From NCBI RefSeq assembly GCF_021869535.1, contig NW_026262604.1:50964001-51028000 (forward strand): DNA of 64,000 nt, given 5' to 3'. Both the position numbers and the translations under genes were made by a program. The DNA comes from Mytilus californianus. Taxonomy: Eukaryota. Shown here piece after piece: positions 62,146 to 64,000 of the stretch (its first letter is position 1; each line of letters starts with the position of its first letter). The notes under the pieces are model-generated. The model ran no database searches. It was not told the DNA's origin and saw only the letters and a program-made list of their open reading frames with translations.

Positions 62146-63160
62146 AATATACCAAAGGGACATTCAAACTTATAAGTTGACAATAAACTGACAACGCCAT
62201 GAAAAAAAAAACCGAAATAGACCAAAAGACAAACAACAGAACACAAAACACAACATAGAAGAATAAAGACTGAGTTGGAACCTGTGTCGTACTATCATGT
62301 TTCAAGAAATAATGAGAAAGTAATGTATTGGTATATCTATGAGAGAAATTAGGGATAATAAGGAGTCAAAGGACGGTGTAAGGCGAAGTAATGTTTCTGA
62401 AGATCTCGTTCTACTAGTGATGTCGGAGAATTAAAAAGTTTACTTCAATGTTTACAGACAGTTTAAAGATGAACTAAGCAAATAATACCATTCGAAAATC
62501 ATCTGTATGTCCAGAACAAATAATATGTACTCTCACAATAAAGCTTAAGATAATATAATGCCAAAAAGACAAAATTACAAGTCACTCGGAAACGTGAACG
62601 GCAGCAGACAACATTCAAATTCATTTTTGTTAATATAAAAAACGGAATCGAAATCAAGTGCTCCAAGCTGAAAATTTAAATTCCTTTTTTCTTTTTCATC
62701 CTTGATATAGTATTTTAATACAAATCTGCCTCTACATACTTGTCATAAGTTATTCACATTGAACGTGTTTATATATAATCATATATTGATATGCCAAATC
62801 ATTTTAGTAAATAATTCAATGTTGAGTTATTCAGTATACATCTAAAACTTCCTGTTTCATTGTGTTTATAAGAAAAGAAATAATAGTATTAATTTCAGCA
62901 CCCACCTTCTTCCCCAATTCTCTCACCTTCTACAAAAAACATATATAATAAATAAAGGCAACAGTAGTATACCGCTGTTCAAAAGTCATAAATCGATTGA
63001 GAGAAAAAAAATCCGGGTTACAAACTAAAACTGAGGGAAACACGTCAACTATAAGAGGAAAACAACGGAACAACAGAAACAATGAACTGCAACAAAACCA
63101 AACGCCAACATACATAGAAATGGACCATAATGTGAAAAAAAAACCATATCTGTTACTTAC

Positions 63161-63331
63161 ATGTATCTCTGCATTGTTGTAAAGATTTGAATCGATTTGA
63201 GTTTCCACGGCATCCTTTATACCGGAATCTCTCGCATGTTCCGGTTTCAGTATTAAAGAACCAACGTCTCATCCAGAAGAAACATTTGCCTGAGTCTACT
63301 GGTAAAGTACAATCAGGTTTCGGTTTTGGTC
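63161..63331 (-). CDS. K1 Kunitz/BPTI exon (signal exon presumably beyond the window end)
   Basis: Acceptor TACTTTTCCAG; PKPKPDCTLPVDSGKCFFWMRRWFFNTETGTCERFRYKGCRGNSNRFKSLQQCRDT(C); 171 nt, phase 1-1; donor GTAAGT. No family signal exon found in 63332-64000. Confidence 0.95.
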
Positions 63332-64000
63332 CTGGAAAAGTACATTTACCTTGTATTATCATGAAGGGCGAAGTGTTCGATATTGATTTAAAGCAAACCT
63401 TCATACGTTTGTTCATTGTTTGTTGTCTGTGATATCAGTTTTTCGCATTTTGTTTTGTCATAAATCAGACCGTTGGAACTTTTGTTTGATTTTTTCTTTT
63501 ATTTTGTGATGTCGAAACCTTTTATAGCTTACTTTACGGTATTGGTTTTGCTCATTGTTGAAGGTCGTACGGTGATCTACGTTAATTGCTTATATCGATT
63601 AGTTGGACTCTGTTAGAAAATTGTCTCATTGGCAATCATATCACATCTCCTTATTTTATAATGCTACCAATGTCCTTAAAGGCATAATATAAAAATAAGA
63701 TGTGATAGAATTACCAATGAGACAACTATCCATTAGAGTGGTCAGATCTTTGAAATCTACGCACACAATCTATGACTATAAATTAATGTAAATGAATTAA
63801 AAAGAAAAAAAACCCATAAAATTGCTGTTTTAGATAAATGACTAGGCTGTTGTTTGATGTTTCCATGGGACATATTAGGCAGTTTAGGAAAAAACATGTA
63901 CCCATCTAGATTTGAGTAAAAATATTCTTGTCAAAAGTTATCGTGAACTCAAGTGCTTAGTACAATTCTTCCTATTAAACAGAAGCCTCGATAATTTCAA

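Noticed and set aside
15880-63331. One giant gene with mutually exclusive terminal exons
   Set aside because: Each Gly/Asn exon downstream of K1 has its own upstream TATA box and signal exon, so these are separate genes.

Overview
AT-rich eukaryotic genomic DNA with spliceosomal introns, probably a bivalve (the dispersed repeats look Mytilus-like to me; unverified). The left end holds a complete 5-exon apolipoprotein D-like lipocalin gene (+, 142-7035, 192 aa). The rest is dominated by a minus-strand tandem family of small secreted proteins that the ORF track misses, because the genes are spliced and the track mostly reports shadow frames. Family members share a TATA box, a 64-67 nt signal-peptide exon (MKLSIIL.VCLVVSVSG.W..R) and an exon starting (R)PKPKP. 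Two architectures occur: (i) signal + Kunitz domain + Gly/Asn-rich tail (K2 complete at 47997-50528; K1 partial at 61217-63331, first exon outside the window) and (ii) Kunitz-less 113-aa cationic Gly/Asn/Trp/Arg peptides ending GGKR (A1, A2, A3 intact; B1, B2 pseudogenes). There is also a decayed, much-expanded member (7640-10861) and two orphan dead signal exons. The A/B genes were amplified in a ~10.4-kb tandem duplication. K2 intron 1 contains a 53-bp minisatellite built from the Kunitz exon's own splice acceptor (24 acceptor-like sites, only the last productive). Mobile DNA includes a Penelope-like fragment with an open RT-thumb/GIY-YIG frame and a hammerhead-like motif, a ~330-bp hammerhead-bearing repeat, a 3.9-kb element with CACTGTG termini, ~400-bp TIRs and a 5-bp TSD (Transib/RAG-like, non-autonomous), TTAA- and TA-flanked MITEs, a Helentron-like element and several satellites. 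All calls were made by eye; no database search was run.
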